From Raillietiella orientalis (Eukaryota): a stretch of DNA of 64,000 bases. Position numbers and translations under genes: made by a program. Positions 59,149 through 64,000 of this stretch are shown in pieces (the stretch's first letter is position 1; each line of letters opens with the position of its first letter). Under the pieces are notes generated by a model, which ran no database searches, had not been told where the DNA came from, and saw only the letters and a program-made list of their open reading frames with translations. The DNA lies in NCBI GenBank assembly GCA_036172245.1, contig JAYWIR010000003.1, forward strand, positions 4,898,001-4,962,000, read 5' to 3'.

Positions 59149-62100
59149 TTAAGGCAATTTTACAAGCTTAATAAGTAATGCTTGTAGATGAATTCTGCTT
59201 ATCTCTCTCCAAGAAGTTGTCCTTATTTTTTCCTGCAAATCCTGACCTGAGTTTTCAGTGTTGTCGAGCTTTACCCTTAGCTCAAAAGCTAGAAAAGCAT
59301 TCCATGACAGCTTTGCTTCTTTATCGTGGAATCTGAACAGAACTTTGGAATCGGGAAGATTGCATAAAAGCTTTTACTTACAAATCAGCTGGAAGTTCTC
59401 CAGCCTTCTGTAAACAGACGAAAATATTGAGGGAAGCTAAAATAGCTATAACTTTGGATGTGCCTCTCAAAGCTCGTTCTAACACTAAATTGTCCAAGAT
59501 TCGCCGGACATCACGGGCAGCGACCACAGCATATGCCTTATCCCAACTGCGGTCTTCCTCCTCACGAAACCAAGAGTTCAGCACGAAGCTGCACCACCCA
59601 GACGGCGAATTTGTTTGCGGATCTTGAGAACTGCACCCATCACAGTAGCATGAAACATGATCCTGGAGAAAGAAGTTATTCGGCAAAACGAGGTAAGACA
59701 AGTACTGTCGACAGGATGTTTGGTAAGAGCACTGTTTGCTGCGTTCGTTTACACAACTCCCGATCTTGCTGCTCAGAATGTTGACAGTTTGCGATGGAAG
59801 CAACGCGATAGCTTTGCATCGACCGTATACGTCAACGAAGGCAAAGCAATCTTCCGGCAATTCGGTCGCAACAACACCCATATCATCACCATTAATAAAT
59901 AAATGCAACGATCTTCCATTATCCAAGGCTATTCCAACAGACGTTCCTCTGTTCAGTTCTTCCAGATTGACGTCCACATTATCCTTGATCACAGCACGAT
60001 CCCTTATCACATAATGTCCGGTAATCACATAGGCACCTTTCAAACTAATTGCATTAGGGGGAAGGGGTAAACTGTCATCGATTTGCCAGAGGACTCCCAC
60101 AGCTAAGGATCCATTCCAATCCATATCCCATTCAAGTATGCGGATCTGCAAGCCTCTTGCATGGTTACACAATTCATCCTACCTGAAATAACTTTTGGCA
60201 CTTCAGGATACCACTGCTGAATACCAAAGCATGGTTGTAACTTCGTGTGCGGAAAGCAGTCCGACCATCTCTACCTATCTCTACATTGTCCCCATGATAC
60301 TTCAGGAAACAGCCAAGGTTGCCATGCTCCCATGGTTTCTGTATTTGTTTCCGTGTGTTTTCGATAACTGCCACACACTTCGTGCTTCCATATAAATCGA
60401 TAACGGCGTAGGGTCGTAAACAAACATTATGGGCAGCAACACCCAAGTCCTTGCCATTCCAATAGAAATGTAATGTGCCGTGCTGGCTGACCATTACGCC
60501 GATGCGATCATCACAGTTAAGTCTATGTAAGCTTGGGGAATACAGTTTGATCCAGGTTTTCCTGTTATACCATACATCAGTAGCTAGAACGCTGTATTCT
60601 ATCATTCTCACGGTGCAACCCTACCTTCCAGAAACCAAGTATCTCCATCCAAAGCTCGAATATTTGCCGGGGCTAAGATACCTGCAAACGTGGATGGATT
60701 CGTGCTTGTGATCCCTATGCGCAGCGAACCTGCCCACATTGGAGCAATCTCCTGAATACACACCTGAACAAGGGGGTGACACAGACGGCACGGAAATTAT
60801 ACAACCTCAGACCTCAAAAACTTCAAAGGGCTGAAGGGGCTGCTTGCTGAAAATAAGAGCATCCTCAAAGCCATAGTGGCGAGTGGCTAAGGTGCTTGCT
60901 TCTTGAAGCTGTATATTTTGGCCACAAACAGAATGGAATCTAGAAAAAAACACATCCAACACTCTTAGAATGTTCTCATCGATTGCACTGCACCTTTGTA
61001 ATTCCTGTGTCTGTACTTGAGGAATTTCTTTGGGAAGATCGGAACTGATCTGTGAGTCGGGAGAGACGATAGACACCTGGGTACACTGACCATACAAATC
61101 AATAACTGTATACACTCCATCTGGAACACCCTCAAATGCAACTCCACAATCTCTTCCATTAAGATAGAAGTGAACAGTCCCATCTGCCAACCAAGCTATT
61201 CCAACCTGATTACCCACTTCTACAGTGTCTAAATCCAGACTGTAAGAGTTTTGTACCACGCAACCATCCTTAGGTACTACGTAAAATGGGAAAAAAGATG
61301 GCATGCAAACAGACCTGCATAAGAGAAGAACCACTAAGGAGCCAAGTTGCATGGTATACATCTGTCATGGTATGAGGAAATACTAGGAGTTCTGGGGGGA
61401 TAGTCGTTAGTCCTAGTTCAATAGAACCTTCCCATTTGTCCACAACTTCTTCAATGACCACTGCAAAGATTTCTCCAGGATACAGAGGACGGCATGACAG
61501 AGCCACAGCCTCATTGAATTCATCTAGTGCATTCTGACGATGGAGTGTCAAATTATTGTTTGATAGATGACACAGACGACCATGCAAATGATGAAATGAT
61601 AAAGGGGAATCGTTTTCATATGGGACATGAGGGCTCTTATCGCATAAATTTTTCAGTTTCTCAGGCCCCACAAGGGATACATGAGCAGCCTGTCCATAAA
61701 GTGAAACAAATCCATATACACCAGCAGGTACCCCTTCAGCCACTTTTCCCAAGTCTCTGCCATTCAGAAACAAATCCAGAATGCCAGTAGGAGACCACCG
61801 TATCCCAATGCAGTCACCCTCCTGTTTTGAGATATCAGTTTCCTTACATTTTTCTTGCTCACCTTTAAATAATCCAACACAACTCCTAGTACCTCTTGGG
61901 GAATGCCACATCCAGAGAACAAACCTTTGGAAAATACAATCCAAGATGTTGCAGAAAGAATATCTTTTTCCTGTGGTGGATGCATATTATCTGGACAATG
62001 GGTTGTAACTCCAATTCCCAAGGATCCTGACCATTTAGCTACAGTACGATCCAAACGCACTTCAAATAGTTCCTCAGCTAGTAATGGTCGATTAGTAAGC

Positions 62101-62968
62101 ACCACTGCATCCCTAAAATCTTCTAATGCATTAGGTCTAAAGGCTAAATAGCCTTGGTTGGAAACTACAGCATGACAACCACAGTTACTATGAAAGCGTA
62201 AAGGAATGGATGATTCTGCATCTTCAGATGTGAACAGTGAAGAGCACACTTCAAAGGAGAACATGATCACATTCATACACACTCAAATTTTACCAGAGAG
62301 ATCTTCATCACTACTGGAGCAATCTGCCATTCCTCTGAAAGGTGACACCAAGTCCACTCTCACTGCCTGACCATATAGGTCCACAACCCCCCACACCTGT
62401 GGAGATGTGATGGAAGCAGCAACTCCTTGATCCACTCCATTAATAAAAAAATGCAACTCCCCATTCTGTTGCCTTTGCACCCCCACTCGATCTCCCTTCT
62501 GCACAGCAACATGTTAGTCTTTGTCAACTTAGACTGTCAAAATTGATTGCCATGCCTGAAGACTATCTAAACTCCTCTGACTGTAATTTGTCAGCATAAT
62601 TTTCCCATTTGTATAGATGTCATTTCCAGACAGCATGATTGTCCCACTTTTCATAACAGTCATTGTAGTAGGAAACTGAATCCATTCAGGACTATGGGTT
62701 GTTACTCCAATTTCAATACTGCCTGACCATTTGTCAATCAATTTTTCAAGGGACACCTGCTCTGGGCTAAACAGCATACATTAAACTCCTGTTTGCCTAC
62801 TTCAAAACGCTCAGCATCTCTCAAAGAACGGGAAGTCATTACAATTCCATTATTGAATTCATCATATGGAGAACGACGTTCTGCACAAGATTTCTTGTGA
62901 TGCAGTATGACTGAAGATCCACAACGTTCATGGAAAGTAAGGTGACAAGATTCATTATTAGTATTCAT
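59149..62968 (-). CDS. NEURL4: Neuralized-like protein 4 (NHR repeats plus C-terminal ART-like domain), 11 coding exons, about 1118 aa
   Basis: Hand-assembled complement exons 62968-62801, 62756-62556, 62498-62294, 62248-61863, 61821-61315, 61268-60994, 60939-60813, 60763-60625, 60583-60183, 60145-59382, 59332-59149 = 3357 nt with consistent phases. Repeated NHR signatures ([48 protein letters not shown]), then CYC..C, VRRILD and AFELRVK...ALLIKL* as in the NEURL4 C-terminus. The 54-nt intron 60940-60993 is in frame and inferred. A further in-frame 45-nt intron near 59409-59453 is possible. Confidence 0.93.
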
Positions 62969-64000
62969 GGTTATGGTGAACTCTATGACCAAAAATTTTT
63001 AGTACATTGCTGATATCCGACATCAATCTTTTGGGATTTTGCAGTGTATTGCTTGAGTGCCTGAAATATTGGTTGCAATTTCAGTTATTGAAAAAAGAAA
63101 GCCTACTCTGTATGATTAAGCAAAACTTTTTTCATGACGGACTTGAAAAACCGCCATTGTCATGAATTATTGGCTATGTGGCATTCCACATACACCTTTC
63201 TTAAAAAGCTGTATGTGGCTATTGGTTTAATTTGGTTTATTTTTCTTCTCTAAAGAGCAATGTAACTAAGAAGCAATGTGAAAAAGAGAGTGAAAAAGAT
63301 GTATACCTAAAATCCCCTTTTCTGAAACGTCATCTCTATTATACTATATATTATGGTGACAACACATTTTAAACTTAAGCTTTGGAAGTGATTAGCCATT
63401 CCACTCACTTAAAACGCCCATTGAAATCTGTGTGTACGAAAGAAGACGAGAAATGAAAGGCCATCCGCCGGGCTTATTCGCACTTCACCATACAATCCCC
63501 AATTTTCGTTAAGCATATTCTATGATTGCAGTCACTATATGCTGAACTCGAGCAATGGTACAAAACCATTTGTGCTGCTAGTATATGGGCACACAGTGAG
63601 TTGCACGGCATTGAAACCTGAAATTAACCACGACGCAAGAAAAAAATATTTATAATTTAATTCACTTCTGGCTCATTTTTAATTAGGTATCAGATGCAAG
63701 GTGTGACTAAATCTGTTGCTAATGAAACATGCAATCTTACATTTCTGGTGACGCTTTCAAAGTGTTTTATCACGAATGGGCAGGCCGGGGGCCCTTTCTC
63801 GCTCTGCAAGTCACAGTAGCCACGAAAGTACGAAACATGCAATGTCCATGCAGTACTTGTCGGTATCGTCATTACCAGTACCGTCTGGTTATTTTTCCCG
63901 GAGCATCTCGCGTTTCCAAAAAAATTTGAAGTCAAAGAAGAATTACGGCTTAGTTCGGAAGGAATGCTCCAGCATTTCCTCTTGCAAGTTCAAAGTGGAA

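Noticed and set aside
63400..64000. Start of a divergent + strand gene (splice-like signals near 63520, 63597 and 63686; ORF 63729-63929)
   Set aside because: No consistent reading frame or recognisable protein, and the window ends here.

Overview
Animal (invertebrate bilaterian, probably ecdysozoan) nuclear DNA, not prokaryotic, so almost all ORFs in the six-frame track are GC-rich noise. Two genes can be assembled by hand with consistent splice phases. (1) chordin/short gastrulation on the + strand: 11 exons, 31829-44623, about 919 aa, with signal peptide, CR1, CHRD region and CR2-CR4. (2) NEURL4 on the - strand: 11 exons, 62968-59149, about 1118 aa, with introns of only 37-57 nt including one GC-AG intron, five rather than six NHR domains, and an apparently degenerate ADP-ribosyltransferase-like C-terminus. 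Chordin lies in a GC/CpG-rich region with no other recognisable gene, holding decayed Gypsy, L1/Tx1, mariner and SINE fragments and clusters of homeodomain sites. The NEURL4 5' half is strongly CpG-depleted. The most unusual unexplained feature is an array of about 13 covarying hairpins at 3540-4170, followed by a ~105-nt fold-back at 4556-4660. Family assignments come from recalled motifs, not database searches.
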